Shown: positions 39,737 to 50,133, counted from the stretch's first letter. The stretch: 64,000 nt of DNA from SAR86 cluster bacterium (GCA_023703535.1 CP097967.1:412543-476542), one strand, 5' to 3'. Notes: generated from the letters alone by a model not told the origin. Numbers and translations: made by a program.

Positions 39737-41065
39737 TTAAGTAGCCTTTGATAACTCTTTTTTCAATCTTCCTCTAAAAGAAAAATCATCGACAGTAATT
39801 GTATGTCTAGGCGATTGAATTTGTTCAACATCTGGTTCATTTATTTCTTTATCTATTAGTTTTTTAATTTCTCCATTAGGTGTCCATTTTCCTGCTAGAT
39901 GTTTTGCAGCTAATTTTGATTGAAGTTCAGCACCAGGCCAAATACATCCTAATGGCTGAAAAAGCCCTATGAAGTATAAATTTTTAATATCTCCTGGGAT
40001 CATTTTGTGAAGGAGTTTGACAGGGCCATTTTCAAAATTAATTAAGTCTTTTTTAAAAAATTTATGTTTTATTTTGAAGCCTGTACAAGCAATAATTACG
40101 TCATACTTATCATGAGTGCCATCTTTAAAATAAACAGTTTTTCCATCCATTTTTTCTATATCTGGTTTGGGGATCACCTTGCCATGCCGAACAGAATTAT
40201 AAAGATCGGAGTTTACTGTGGGATGTGTTGCAAGGACATGATTTTCAACTTTAGGTAAACCAATATCCTCATTTTTACCCTGAAGCAACTCAAGCATAAA
40301 TTTCATAAATGGCAATCTTACAAATTTAGGTAGAAGTCTGGAACGCAATGCAAAAATATCCGTAGTCAAACCAAACATAAATTTTGGAATTAAAAAGTAT
40401 CCCCTCCTCCAGCTTATAGTTGTTTTTTTTGAAACTCTCGACGTTTCAACAGCAACGTCACAAGCAGAATTCCCACCGCCGATTACTAACACTCTTTTAT
40501 CTTTAAAAGGTGCAGCCCTTTTATATTCGTGAGAGTGTAAAAAGTCGCCCGTGAATTTTCCTGGGTATTTTGGAAATCTTGGTTCATGATGATGACCATT
40601 ACAAACAACAAGAGCGTCAAAAATAAGGCTTGTTTGTTTTTGAGTTTCTAAATCTTTGTAAGTAATTTCCCATTTATTATTTTTTAAATTCTCACAATTC
40701 ATAACTTCAGTATTAAATTTAATTTTTTCATTTAATTTAAAATTTTTTGCGTAATTAGAAAAATACTGAAGTAATTCTTGATGAGAGGGATAATCTGAAG
40801 CAGTTTTAGGTAAAGGGAAATCTTCATAGAAGGATGTATATTTTGAACTTATTATGTGAGTTGTCTCAAAAACACTTGAATGACCGGAGGGATCATCAAA
40901 CCGCCAATTACCACCTACACCTGAACATCGCTCAAAACCTGTTACATCGAAGCCTTGGTCTTTAAAATTTTTTAGGGCAGCTATTCCTGACGGACCAGCC
41001 CCTATAATTGCTACTTTTTTCATATTTTGTTTTGAATTATTTATGCTTAAATTTATATTATACAA
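39737..41065 (-). CDS. flavin-containing monooxygenase (class B, FMO type)
   Basis: FAD motif VAIIGAGPSG, FMO-identifying motif FTGDFLHSHEY and NADPH motif VIGGGNSACD. The probable start is ATG 41023 (MKKVAIIGAG..). Confidence 0.8.
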   Translation of the reverse strand: MYNINLSINNSKQNMKKVAIIGAGPSGIAALKNFKDQGFDVTGFERCSGVGGNWRFDDPSGHSSVFETTHIISSKYTSFYEDFPLPKTASDYPSHQELLQYFSNYAKNFKLNEKIKFNTEVMNCENLKNNKWEITYKDLETQKQTSLIFDALVVCNGHHHEPRFPKYPGKFTGDFLHSHEYKRAAPFKDKRVLVIGGGNSACDVAVETSRVSKKTTISWRRGYFLIPKFMFGLTTDIFALRSRLLPKFVRLPFMKFMLELLQGKNEDIGLPKVENHVLATHPTVNSDLYNSVRHGKVIPKPDIEKMDGKTVYFKDGTHDKYDVIIACTGFKIKHKFFKKDLINFENGPVKLLHKMIPGDIKNLYFIGLFQPLGCIWPGAELQSKLAAKHLAGKWTPNGEIKKLIDKEINEPDVEQIQSPRHTITVDDFSFRGRLKKELSKAT

Positions 41066-41073
41066 ATTAGTTT

Positions 41074-41877
41074 ATGTCTCAAGTAATTGAAGCCAATTGC
41101 CCTATATTGTCCAACCCACCATGGAAAGGTGGCAAAGCAAAATATCGTCTTGGGCTTAAACCGATAAATTTAGATGAATGGTTTGATGCAAAAATAAGCT
41201 CTGAAGTATACAAACATAAAAAATCTTTAATTGATTTTAAATATGATGAAGTCATTGCTACCACAACTGATTCCAGTGAATCTCAAATTTATTTGAGTGA
41301 AAAAATAACTGGAAATAACGAAAATTATCCAGATCTGATAGCAAATATATCTCTTCGAGTACCAGATGATTTGTGCATTATTCAGTCAACTGGTAAACAA
41401 AAACTTTTAGCTGCATCAGTGTGTTCGCCTAGCTATTGGAATTTAAAGGAAAAGATAGGCAAATCCTTGAGAGAAGTTCATAAACCTGTAAAGTCGCTTA
41501 ATGAAAAAATTGGCAATCCAATTGAGAAATTCATTGCGAATGCTCCAATTAATAAGCCTTTTAAGAGAGAAAATTGGTTTATTCATGGCGATAGCAATAG
41601 ATACCACACAAAAGCCGAGGGAATCCCTAAAACACCTATTGAACATTGGGTAATAAGGTCTGAAAGAGAGACCTTATGCAGGTATCATGAAAAATATACT
41701 TTATTTGCGATAAATGTTCGATTTTCTAAATTTTTGAACCTACTTGACTACCCTGAAGCCGCTAATGAAATGTTACGTTCATTGAGCACTTTCGATGATG
41801 AAGAAATAAAATATTTTGGCGGCGAAAATAAAATTTCTAAAATTAAATCCTTTTTGCAGTCTCACTTAAGGAATTAA
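41074..41877 (+). CDS. DUF3445 / heme-dependent oxidative N-demethylase alpha-subunit-like protein
   Basis: 267 aa. YRLGLKPINLDEWF, VPDDLCIIQ, LLAASVCSPSYWNLKEKIGKSLREVHKPV and VIRSERETLCR follow the DUF3445 pattern as I recall it. Confidence 0.65.
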   Translation: MSQVIEANCPILSNPPWKGGKAKYRLGLKPINLDEWFDAKISSEVYKHKKSLIDFKYDEVIATTTDSSESQIYLSEKITGNNENYPDLIANISLRVPDDLCIIQSTGKQKLLAASVCSPSYWNLKEKIGKSLREVHKPVKSLNEKIGNPIEKFIANAPINKPFKRENWFIHGDSNRYHTKAEGIPKTPIEHWVIRSERETLCRYHEKYTLFAINVRFSKFLNLLDYPEAANEMLRSLSTFDDEEIKYFGGENKISKIKSFLQSHLRN

Positions 41878-43195
41878 AATACTCTTTAGCAGAACTCATT
41901 ACTTTTGGCGCTAACCATAGTGTTGAAACTAAAGTTGGAATTGCCATCATAGCGAAAGCACCATCAATGATATTTAAGGCGGTATCAAGTGATATAACCG
42001 CAAATATTACTATCATAAGAATAAAAATATAGGTATATATTTGGCTGCCTTTTTCACCAAATAGAAATTTTGCACATGATGAGCCGTAATATGAATAAGT
42101 AAAAATAGTACTTATTCCGAAACAAAGAACGCACAAAAATACAACAAATGAACCTACTGGACCTAAGATATTGTTAAAAGCCTCTGCTGTTAATGTAACA
42201 CCTTGAGCATCAGAATTCTGCCATACACCTGAAATAAGGATGAGCACAGCAGTAGCTGTACACATTATCAAGGTATCAAATATTGGGCCAGTCATTGCTA
42301 CAAGACCCTGTTTAACAGGATGCGATGCTTTTGCTGATCCATGCACTAATGACTCAGTACCAATACCAGCTTCATTAGAAAATGCTCCTCTTCTTACACC
42401 AACAATAATTACTCCCATGATGCTACCACTCGCTACTGCTGATCCGGTAAAGGCATCAGAAATTATTAAAGATAATGATGGTAAAAAGTCTTCAATATTT
42501 AAAGCTATACAAATTAACACTGCTCCAAAGTAAATACAGCCCATAAAAGGCACTAAATATGACGCTACATTTGCAATTCTTTTTAATCCTCCTACAACAA
42601 CAATTGCAGTAATAATTGCTAGAAATATCCCCGCGATAAGTTCAAAATTTTCTACACCTGGGAAATAAAGATCTTTTGATATTTGAACAAGCTGATTACT
42701 CTGAAATCCTGGGAGACATCCAATTATTCCAAAAATAGCAAAGAAATATGCAAGAGGAAGCATATAGTTAGGCAAAGCATTTTTAATTACGTACATCGGT
42801 CCAGCATTTGTCGTTCCATCAGGATTAACATCTCGATACATAACTGATAACGTACAAGTAAAAAATTTAGTAGCTATACCTACAATAGCTGTAAGCCACA
42901 TCCAAAATATAGCTCCAGGGCCACCAAGTTGAATAGCTACTGCAACTCCAGCAATATTCCCAAGTCCTATTGTTCCCGAGAGTGCAGCAGTTAAAGCTTT
43001 AAAATGGCTAACATCTCCAACATCACTCGCCTTTGAGTATTTTCCTGTTAGAAGTGCAAATGCATGTGGAAGATATCTAAAAGGCCGTAAACCTGAAAAA
43101 ATTAAAAAGAAAATGCCTGAACCTACAAGAAATATCACCAACCATGGTCCCCAGGCCAATGTAGCAAATTGTTCAGCTAGGTAATCAAAGGACAT
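41843..43195 (-). CDS. sodium:alanine (AGCS family) symporter
   Basis: 450-aa polytopic protein. SHFKALTAALSGTIGLGNIAGVA and GGPGAIFWMW are typical AGCS motifs. Confidence 0.82.
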   Translation of the reverse strand: MSFDYLAEQFATLAWGPWLVIFLVGSGIFFLIFSGLRPFRYLPHAFALLTGKYSKASDVGDVSHFKALTAALSGTIGLGNIAGVAVAIQLGGPGAIFWMWLTAIVGIATKFFTCTLSVMYRDVNPDGTTNAGPMYVIKNALPNYMLPLAYFFAIFGIIGCLPGFQSNQLVQISKDLYFPGVENFELIAGIFLAIITAIVVVGGLKRIANVASYLVPFMGCIYFGAVLICIALNIEDFLPSLSLIISDAFTGSAVASGSIMGVIIVGVRRGAFSNEAGIGTESLVHGSAKASHPVKQGLVAMTGPIFDTLIMCTATAVLILISGVWQNSDAQGVTLTAEAFNNILGPVGSFVVFLCVLCFGISTIFTYSYYGSSCAKFLFGEKGSQIYTYIFILMIVIFAVISLDTALNIIDGAFAMMAIPTLVSTLWLAPKVMSSAKEYFNSLSETAKRI

Positions 43196-43197
43196 TG

Positions 43198-43755
43198 TTA
43201 TTCAGTTATTAGCTCAATATCCTTAAGAAATAAGTCAACTTTAAAATCTCGACCATATCCAGCAAAAGCAATCTCTCTGAAATTTTGCGGTTTAAATGAT
43301 TTTAAAGAATATCCATATTTTTCGAAGTCATTGAATTCTATAAAGAACTCCTGCCACTCTTCATTGACCTTAAATTCTTTTCTGAAAAAAGACCATGGAG
43401 GCAATTTCATTCCACTTAAAGTGATATGAATTTCATAAGCTTCATTATTTCCTTTTGCCATAAACTTCAGTCCTTTAGCAGATTTTGAAAGTTCCTTTTG
43501 TGATTGGCATCCCATTCTTACAAAACCACCATTATTCTCAGTTGTTACTTCTCCAATTAAGTGGATGTATTCATCAGAAGATGGAGTTGAATTTTCTTCA
43601 AGAGTTGATTTTCCTCCCATTACATCATCTGTGTAAATTTTGAGAGTCGATTTACCTCCCATAACATTATCTGTATATAAATTACATTGAGCAGAATTTT
43701 CTTCGTCTGAATTAATAAACATTGATAATAAAAAGACTATATATATTTTTTTCAT
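43198..43755 (-). CDS. CIA30-domain (complex I intermediate-associated protein 30-like) exported protein
   Basis: 185 aa with a signal peptide. The family signature D-x-VMGG-x-S is present twice. Confidence 0.6.
   Translation of the reverse strand: MKKIYIVFLLSMFINSDEENSAQCNLYTDNVMGGKSTLKIYTDDVMGGKSTLEENSTPSSDEYIHLIGEVTTENNGGFVRMGCQSQKELSKSAKGLKFMAKGNNEAYEIHITLSGMKLPPWSFFRKEFKVNEEWQEFFIEFNDFEKYGYSLKSFKPQNFREIAFAGYGRDFKVDLFLKDIELITE
43597..43680 (-). repeat. imperfect in-frame tandem duplication, 2 x 42 nt, inside the CIA30-like gene
   Basis: Unit 43639-43680 encodes LYTDNVMGGKSTLK. Unit 43597-43638 encodes IYTDDVMGGKSTLE. About 33 of 42 nt are identical by eye. Confidence 0.8.
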
Positions 43756-43813
43756 TGGTATAGTTTATTTTATTTGCAGACATAAAGGTTAAATAAAAAT
43801 ACAATATATTTCT

Positions 43814-45808
43814 ATGAAAAATGTTCTTACTCTCTTAATTTTATTATCGTTCATTACAACAACTGCAGAAGTAAAAAACCAGTTTGCAACACTACCTGAT
43901 ATTTACTCCGTTAAAATTTCACCAGATGGAAAAAGTGTAGGCATATTAAGAAAAATTGATGGTGAGAGAATGCTCAGCATTCTAGATTTAGATACTAAAG
44001 AAGTAATTTATAACCATGAGTTTGTTAGAGGAGACCAAATCAATACCTTTTACTGGGCCAGCAAAGATCGGCTGGTTTTTGAGCTATTGAGATCAGGGAG
44101 AGATAGCACTAGGTATTTTGCTACAGGACAAGTTTATTCAACAAATATTGATGGCACTAAGCAAATAATGCTTGCTGGTTATAACGCAAAACGCGAAGCC
44201 ATTAGAACTGGACAAGGAAGTGCAAAAAGACCTGCCCAAGTGGCAAATATGATGCCCGATGATAAAGAGCACATAATTGTTCAGTTTTATGACAGCTCTG
44301 AGTTTTTTGAGCTTTGGAAAATGAATATATATAACGGCAGAATGTCAAAAATAACAACTGCACCTGTAAAACAAGCAGATTTTACCTTCAACAGTCAAGG
44401 TGATGTAACGGGTGCACTGGGTGTAAATTTACAATTCGAAGTTGTCTATTATATCTATAAAGAAAATTTACCTGTTGAGTATGATCCGCTTGATTGCAGA
44501 GAGGCAAATGATGACGAGACTTGTGTAAAAGTAAGAACTGGGAGACCAAAAGTATCAGATTGGCAATTTCTAACTAAAGTTGATCCTTTTAAACAAATAC
44601 AGCCAATTTCATCATTTGGAAGAAAAATATATATGCTAGGTTATGGTGAAGGTAATAAATCAGACAGGAGAGGACTTTACACTTACGACATAATTACAAA
44701 AAAATACAATGAAATTTTTACTCACCCAAGAGTAGATATAGAAGTTGGAGCGATAGCTGTAGATGATGCAAACAAAGTTATTGGAGTAAGAACCGATGAT
44801 GCATATCCATCATTTGTTGTTCTCAAAAGCGTAAAAAGTGATTATAAAGATGCACTAATTGAAATTCAAAAAGCTTATCCTTATGAAAGTTTTAGTGTGA
44901 CCTCATCGTCATCCGATAATAAGAGATTAATTGTCTATATGTCTTCAGATATAAATCCTGGAACATTTTTTCTTTATGATAGGGATAAAAGTGAATTTAC
45001 TCCATTAGCTCGTCAGTGGTCTAAAGTAAATTATCAAGACCTTAACCAAATGATTGCTTATGATTTTAATAATCGAGATGGAGTTCCAATTCAGGCTTTT
45101 TTTACTCAAGCAAAAAATAAATCTAACAAAAAAACAATTATTTACCCTCATGGAGGGCCTTGGGCAAGGGATTATTGGGGCTATGATCCAACAGTACAGT
45201 TTTTAGCAGAAAATGATTTTAACGTTATTCAGATGAATATCAGAGGCTCAACAGGTTATGGATATAAATTTGTATCTGAGGTTTTTGGAAACTTTGAAGA
45301 GGTATTAGAGGATATTTATGATGGAATAGAATTCTTTCATTCAGAGGGTTTAATAGATAAGGAAAATTTATGTATATATGGAGGCAGTTATGGAGGCTAT
45401 GCTGCTACAATGGCTCCTATAAATCGCCCTGATTTATTCAAATGTGCAGCAAGTGATGCTGGTCTATATGACATAGAGGCCCAATATATACGAGGAGATA
45501 TTCGAAGATCTAGAGGAGGAAAAGTATTTTTAGATAGAGCCTTTAAAGGAGATAAAAATGAAATTGATGCATCCCAATCACCAATTAATAGGGTCTCAGA
45601 AATGAAGGTGCCCTTCTTTCTTTTACATGGCAAGCAAGACATAAGAACACCCTTCAAAGATGCCGAGCTATTCATGGAAGAGATGGATAGAAATAATATT
45701 TCATATGAAAAGATGGTCATCACAAAAGAAGAGCATGGTTTTTCCAATGAAGAAAATAGAGAAGCATCTATGGAAAGACTGCTGAAATTTTTCAATAAAT
45801 ATCTTTAG
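43814..45808 (+). CDS. S9-family serine peptidase (prolyl oligopeptidase / dipeptidyl aminopeptidase type), exported
   Basis: 664 aa with a signal peptide, a long N-terminal propeller-like region, nucleophile elbow GGSYGGY and a C-terminal LLHGKQD..EEHGF triad context. Confidence 0.78.
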   Translation: MKNVLTLLILLSFITTTAEVKNQFATLPDIYSVKISPDGKSVGILRKIDGERMLSILDLDTKEVIYNHEFVRGDQINTFYWASKDRLVFELLRSGRDSTRYFATGQVYSTNIDGTKQIMLAGYNAKREAIRTGQGSAKRPAQVANMMPDDKEHIIVQFYDSSEFFELWKMNIYNGRMSKITTAPVKQADFTFNSQGDVTGALGVNLQFEVVYYIYKENLPVEYDPLDCREANDDETCVKVRTGRPKVSDWQFLTKVDPFKQIQPISSFGRKIYMLGYGEGNKSDRRGLYTYDIITKKYNEIFTHPRVDIEVGAIAVDDANKVIGVRTDDAYPSFVVLKSVKSDYKDALIEIQKAYPYESFSVTSSSSDNKRLIVYMSSDINPGTFFLYDRDKSEFTPLARQWSKVNYQDLNQMIAYDFNNRDGVPIQAFFTQAKNKSNKKTIIYPHGGPWARDYWGYDPTVQFLAENDFNVIQMNIRGSTGYGYKFVSEVFGNFEEVLEDIYDGIEFFHSEGLIDKENLCIYGGSYGGYAATMAPINRPDLFKCAASDAGLYDIEAQYIRGDIRRSRGGKVFLDRAFKGDKNEIDASQSPINRVSEMKVPFFLLHGKQDIRTPFKDAELFMEEMDRNNISYEKMVITKEEHGFSNEENREASMERLLKFFNKYL

Positions 45809-45814
45809 AGGTAA

Positions 45815-48421
45815 ATGAATAATCCTGAGTTCAATACAGAATTAAAAGAATGGATAGAAGCCCTTGAAAATACAATTCTTTCTGATGGGAAAGAATATTC
45901 AAAAGAACTTCTAAAAGCCCTTTTTACAGAAGCATCCCTCAAAGGAATTGTTCTTGATGAGCTCAATGATCCATCTTTTAAAAATACTGTTCAAAGCGAT
46001 GAGGAGTTACCTTATCCGGGAAACTGGGATTTTGAAGAAAAAATTAGACATTTCATTCGATGGAACAGTCTCTTAATGGTACTTAAAGCTAACAAAGATG
46101 ATGATTTAGGAGGTCATATATCTACCTACTCCTCAGCTGCAACACTTTATGAAGTTGGCTTTAATCACTTTTTTCGAGGATCAGATAAAAAGCTAGGCGA
46201 TCTTATATATTTTCAAGGCCATAGTTCTCCAGGAATCTATGCTAGGTCTTTTTTAGAGGGAAGACTTAGAAAGGGTCAAATAGAAAATTTTAGAAAAGAA
46301 ATTAAGGGAATGGGTCTTTCTTCCTATCCTCATCCTTGGCTAATGCCAGATTATTGGCAATTTCCAACTGTTTCTATGGGGCTTGGACCTATCTTTGGTA
46401 TCTATCAAGCACATATCATGAGATATCTTGAAAAGAGAGGACTCATTGAAGAAATTGAAGATAGAAAAGTTTGGGTTTATTGCGGAGATGGAGAAATGGA
46501 TGAACCCGAATCAATGGGGGCTATTAGCCTAGCTGGAAGAGAAAATCTTAACAATTTAGTTTTTGTAATTAATTGCAATTTGCAAAGATTAGACGGCCCT
46601 GTAAGAGGAAATTCAAAAATTGTTACTGAGCTAGCAAAACAGTTTAAAGGCGCTGGATGGAATGTAGTAAATTTGATTTGGGGAAGGCATTGGGATGATC
46701 TAATTAACAATGATCAAAACGGTTTGTTACAAAAAATTATGGATGAGACTGTTGATGGGGAATATCAGAATTTTAAAGCTAAAGGTGGTAAATATACCAG
46801 AGAAAATTTTTTCGGGAAAAATCCTGAAGTTCTGAAAATGATTGAAAAATTCTCTGATGATGAAGTTGAGAATTTAAATCGTGGAGGACATGATCCAATT
46901 AAGGTTTATAACGCTTATAGACTCGCATATGAAAATAAAACTAAACCGACTGTTATTTTGGCATTTACTATTAAAGGTTATGGAATTGGGTCAAGGCAGG
47001 CGGACAACACAACTCATCAAGTTAAGAAATTAACAAAAGAAAATTTAGAAAACTTTATTGATAAATTTAATCTCCCCGTCAAAAAAAATAACTTAGAGAA
47101 TCCTGATTTTTTAGACCTTTCGAAGCATAAAGAATTAAATAATTACTTACACGAAAGAAGAAAAGCATTAGGTGGATTTATTCCGCAAAGAAAAGTTTCA
47201 AAGGAAAAATTGAAAGCTAATAAAGATACATTCGTCTCCTTTGATGATGCTGTAGAGAGGGAGCAATCAACAACAATGATTTTTGTGAGATTACTAACAA
47301 AGCTACTTAGAGATAAGTCTATAGGTGAAAGAGTTGTACCTATAGTGCCAGATGAAGCACGTACTTTTGGAATGGATGCCCTTTTTAGACAATTTGGTAT
47401 TTATTCTTCAGAGGGACAGAAATATGAACCCGAAGATGCAGATAAAGTAATGTTTTATCGAGAGAGCGAATCAGGAATTATGCTTGAGGAGGGAATAAAC
47501 GAAGCAGGTGCATTTTCTGCATGGTTGGCATTAGCAACTTCTTATTCAAATAACCAACTTCCAATGATTCCTTTTTATATTTTTTATTCAATGTTTGGAT
47601 TTCAAAGAATACATGATTTGGCTTGGGCAGCAGGTGACTCAAGAGCTAAGGGATTTCTTTTAGGAGCAACATCTGGGAGAACAACTCTAAATGGCGAGGG
47701 ACTTCAGCATCAAGATGGCCATAGCCACATCTTAGCCTCAACAATACCAAATTGTAGATCTTATGATCCCTGCTTTTCATATGAGGTTTCAAGTATTATT
47801 GATGAGGGAATAGATGATATGTATGTAAAAGGCAATGACCGTTTTTATTATCTAACCTTAATGAATGAAAATTATTCACACCCAAAAAGACCAAAAAGTG
47901 CAACAACTGAAAATATTATTAAAGGGGCTTATAAGTATCTCGAAAATAAAGATCCATCCCTCAGAATTTTGGCATCTGGAGTTACATTGAACTTTGCTAT
48001 AGATGCAGAAAAAGAACTCAAAAAATTAGGCATTTCTACAGAAATATGGTCAATAACAAGTTTTAATGAATTGTATAAAGATGGAATTGAAGTTGAAAGA
48101 TTAAATAGGTACGAAAATAAAAAAAGTGTCTCACATGTAGAGTCATGCTTTTCAGAATGTTTGCCAACAGTAGCTGTATCAGAATACGTGAGAGCATATA
48201 CAAATCAAATTCGACAATGGGTAAATGGTGACTATGTTACTTTAGGGACTGATGGTTTTGGAAGAAGTGACACAAGAGAAGAGCTAAGAAATTATTTTGA
48301 GATTAGCAAAGACCACATAGTTATTAATGCTTTAATTGTCTCTGGCAATAAGGATAAAGCTGAAAAATATATTAAAGAAAAAAAAATAGACTTAAACACA
48401 AAGGCGCCATGGCTAAGATAA
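45815..48421 (+). CDS. aceE: pyruvate dehydrogenase E1 component (homodimeric type)
   Basis: 868 aa with ThDP motif GDGEMDEPES..NCNLQRLDGPV. The size and layout match E. coli AceE. Confidence 0.9.
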   Translation: MNNPEFNTELKEWIEALENTILSDGKEYSKELLKALFTEASLKGIVLDELNDPSFKNTVQSDEELPYPGNWDFEEKIRHFIRWNSLLMVLKANKDDDLGGHISTYSSAATLYEVGFNHFFRGSDKKLGDLIYFQGHSSPGIYARSFLEGRLRKGQIENFRKEIKGMGLSSYPHPWLMPDYWQFPTVSMGLGPIFGIYQAHIMRYLEKRGLIEEIEDRKVWVYCGDGEMDEPESMGAISLAGRENLNNLVFVINCNLQRLDGPVRGNSKIVTELAKQFKGAGWNVVNLIWGRHWDDLINNDQNGLLQKIMDETVDGEYQNFKAKGGKYTRENFFGKNPEVLKMIEKFSDDEVENLNRGGHDPIKVYNAYRLAYENKTKPTVILAFTIKGYGIGSRQADNTTHQVKKLTKENLENFIDKFNLPVKKNNLENPDFLDLSKHKELNNYLHERRKALGGFIPQRKVSKEKLKANKDTFVSFDDAVEREQSTTMIFVRLLTKLLRDKSIGERVVPIVPDEARTFGMDALFRQFGIYSSEGQKYEPEDADKVMFYRESESGIMLEEGINEAGAFSAWLALATSYSNNQLPMIPFYIFYSMFGFQRIHDLAWAAGDSRAKGFLLGATSGRTTLNGEGLQHQDGHSHILASTIPNCRSYDPCFSYEVSSIIDEGIDDMYVKGNDRFYYLTLMNENYSHPKRPKSATTENIIKGAYKYLENKDPSLRILASGVTLNFAIDAEKELKKLGISTEIWSITSFNELYKDGIEVERLNRYENKKSVSHVESCFSECLPTVAVSEYVRAYTNQIRQWVNGDYVTLGTDGFGRSDTREELRNYFEISKDHIVINALIVSGNKDKAEKYIKEKKIDLNTKAPWLR

Positions 48422-49581
48422 ATACAATTGCATTAAAAATTCCAAATTTAGGTGAAGCAGAATCAACAGAAATAATAGAGGTAAATATTAAAGTTGGTGA
48501 CAAAGTAAACGTGAATGACCCCTTAATTGTACTTGAGTCAGAGAAGGCAGCTATGGAAGTCCCATCAGACTTTCAAGGAGAAATTAGCGAAATACTTATT
48601 AAAGAGGGCGATAGTGTTCACGAGGGGATGGAATTTGCAAAGATTAAAGCAGAAACGGAAGTAAAAGAAACTAAAGTTAAAGAGGAAAAAGAAAAAGAGA
48701 TAGTTAAAGAAGAAAAGATCATTAATAGACCTGCAATAGATTTTACAGGCATTAATGCAGGCCCAGCTGTAAGAAAATATGCACGTGAATTAGAAATAGA
48801 TCTCAGCATTATCGAGGGTACAGGCAAAAACAAAAGAATTACAAAAGAAGACCTTAAAACTCATATTCACTCGAATAAATCTGGTTTAAGTTTTAAAACC
48901 TATAAAGAAAATGATTTTGTTAATGAAGGTTCCTTTAAAATTCAAAAACTTTCTAAAATTCAATCTCTAGGAGCAAAAAATTTACATGAATCATGGGTAA
49001 CAATCCCACATGTAACACACTTTGAAGAAGCAGATCTAGCTGCAATAAATAAATTGAGAGAGAATAAGAAGTCGTCAGTTTTAGCATATTTTGTTCATGC
49101 TTTATGCCAAATTTTAAAAGAGTTTCCTTCATTCAACTCTTCTTTAATCGATGGAGACAACCTTTTATTGAAAGAATATATAAATATTGGCATCGCGGTG
49201 GATACTGAAATGGGTTTAGTAGTTCCTGTTATAAAAGATGCTGATAAATTATCTGTAGAGAATATTTCAAAAAAAATTGAAGAGCTGGCAGGAAAAGCTC
49301 GTGACAGGAAGTTATTTGAAAAAGATTTAACTGGTGCTACATTTACCGTTTCCAGTCTTGGAAAAATTGGAGGCATAGGATTTACACCAATAATAAACCC
49401 TCCTGAGGTTGGAATTATCTCAATTTCTAGATCGCGAAATGATGTTGAATTACAAAATGGAGAGATAAAGGAAAAAGTTATTCTTCCTTTTGGATTATCT
49501 TATGACCATAGGGTTATAAATGGTGCTGATGCAGGTAGATTTTCTTTGGCACTTAAGGAAAAGTTAGAATCATTATCTTAA
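48409..49581 (+). CDS. aceF: dihydrolipoyllysine-residue acetyltransferase (E2), single lipoyl domain
   Basis: 390 aa with one lipoyl domain (LESEKAAMEVP), an E/K-rich linker, a subunit-binding domain (AGPAVRKYARELEIDL) and the catalytic motif SYDHRVINGA. Confidence 0.88.
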   Translation: MAKINTIALKIPNLGEAESTEIIEVNIKVGDKVNVNDPLIVLESEKAAMEVPSDFQGEISEILIKEGDSVHEGMEFAKIKAETEVKETKVKEEKEKEIVKEEKIINRPAIDFTGINAGPAVRKYARELEIDLSIIEGTGKNKRITKEDLKTHIHSNKSGLSFKTYKENDFVNEGSFKIQKLSKIQSLGAKNLHESWVTIPHVTHFEEADLAAINKLRENKKSSVLAYFVHALCQILKEFPSFNSSLIDGDNLLLKEYINIGIAVDTEMGLVVPVIKDADKLSVENISKKIEELAGKARDRKLFEKDLTGATFTVSSLGKIGGIGFTPIINPPEVGIISISRSRNDVELQNGEIKEKVILPFGLSYDHRVINGADAGRFSLALKEKLESLS

Positions 49582-50133
49582 TTATTTCCACTTAATATTA
49601 CATCCCATTGAGGGATGTTGAGCTTGATTTACCTCTTCGCCATTAAGTAAATTTTCTATGGCTTCTCTAACATCAATACCAGAGGGTTCAATGCCATTTC
49701 CTGGACTAGAATCATCTAATCTACCTCTATATTCAAGCGTTTTTTCATTATTGAACAAATAAAACTCAGGCGTACATGCTGCTTTAAAACTTTTTGCAAC
49801 TTCTTGAGTCTCATCGTAAAGGTAAGGAAAGAAGAAACCTAATTCTATGGCTAATTCTTTCATTTTCTCAGGCGAGTCCTCTGGATAGTTCACTATGTCG
49901 TTTGAGCTAATTGCAACAAAATCAAGATGATCTTTGTAATCATGTGATAGCTTAACTAATTCTTTGTGATAATGAATTACGTAAGGACAATGATTGCATA
50001 TAAACATTACCAACTTCGGACAAGCACTATTGAAATATAAGGAAGAAAAAATTTCATTATTAACTGTATTTTCAAGTTCAAAATTAGGCATTTGTGTCCC
50101 TAACTCCAACATGGAAGAATAAGTAAGTGCCAT
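49582..50133 (-). CDS. thioredoxin-fold (AhpC/TSA-like) protein
   Basis: 183 aa with FICNHCPYV, a CxxC-type motif in a thioredoxin-fold context. The ATG immediately follows the ppsA stop. Confidence 0.65.
   Translation of the reverse strand: MALTYSSMLELGTQMPNFELENTVNNEIFSSLYFNSACPKLVMFICNHCPYVIHYHKELVKLSHDYKDHLDFVAISSNDIVNYPEDSPEKMKELAIELGFFFPYLYDETQEVAKSFKAACTPEFYLFNNEKTLEYRGRLDDSSPGNGIEPSGIDVREAIENLLNGEEVNQAQHPSMGCNIKWK

Noticed and set aside
39737-41065. Calling the flavin monooxygenase a trimethylamine monooxygenase (Tmm)
   Set aside because: The FMO motifs are present. However, the sequence looks closer to generic eukaryote-like or CzcO-type FMOs than to the Methylophaga/SAR11 Tmm sequences I remember. 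Substrate cannot be assigned without a phylogeny.
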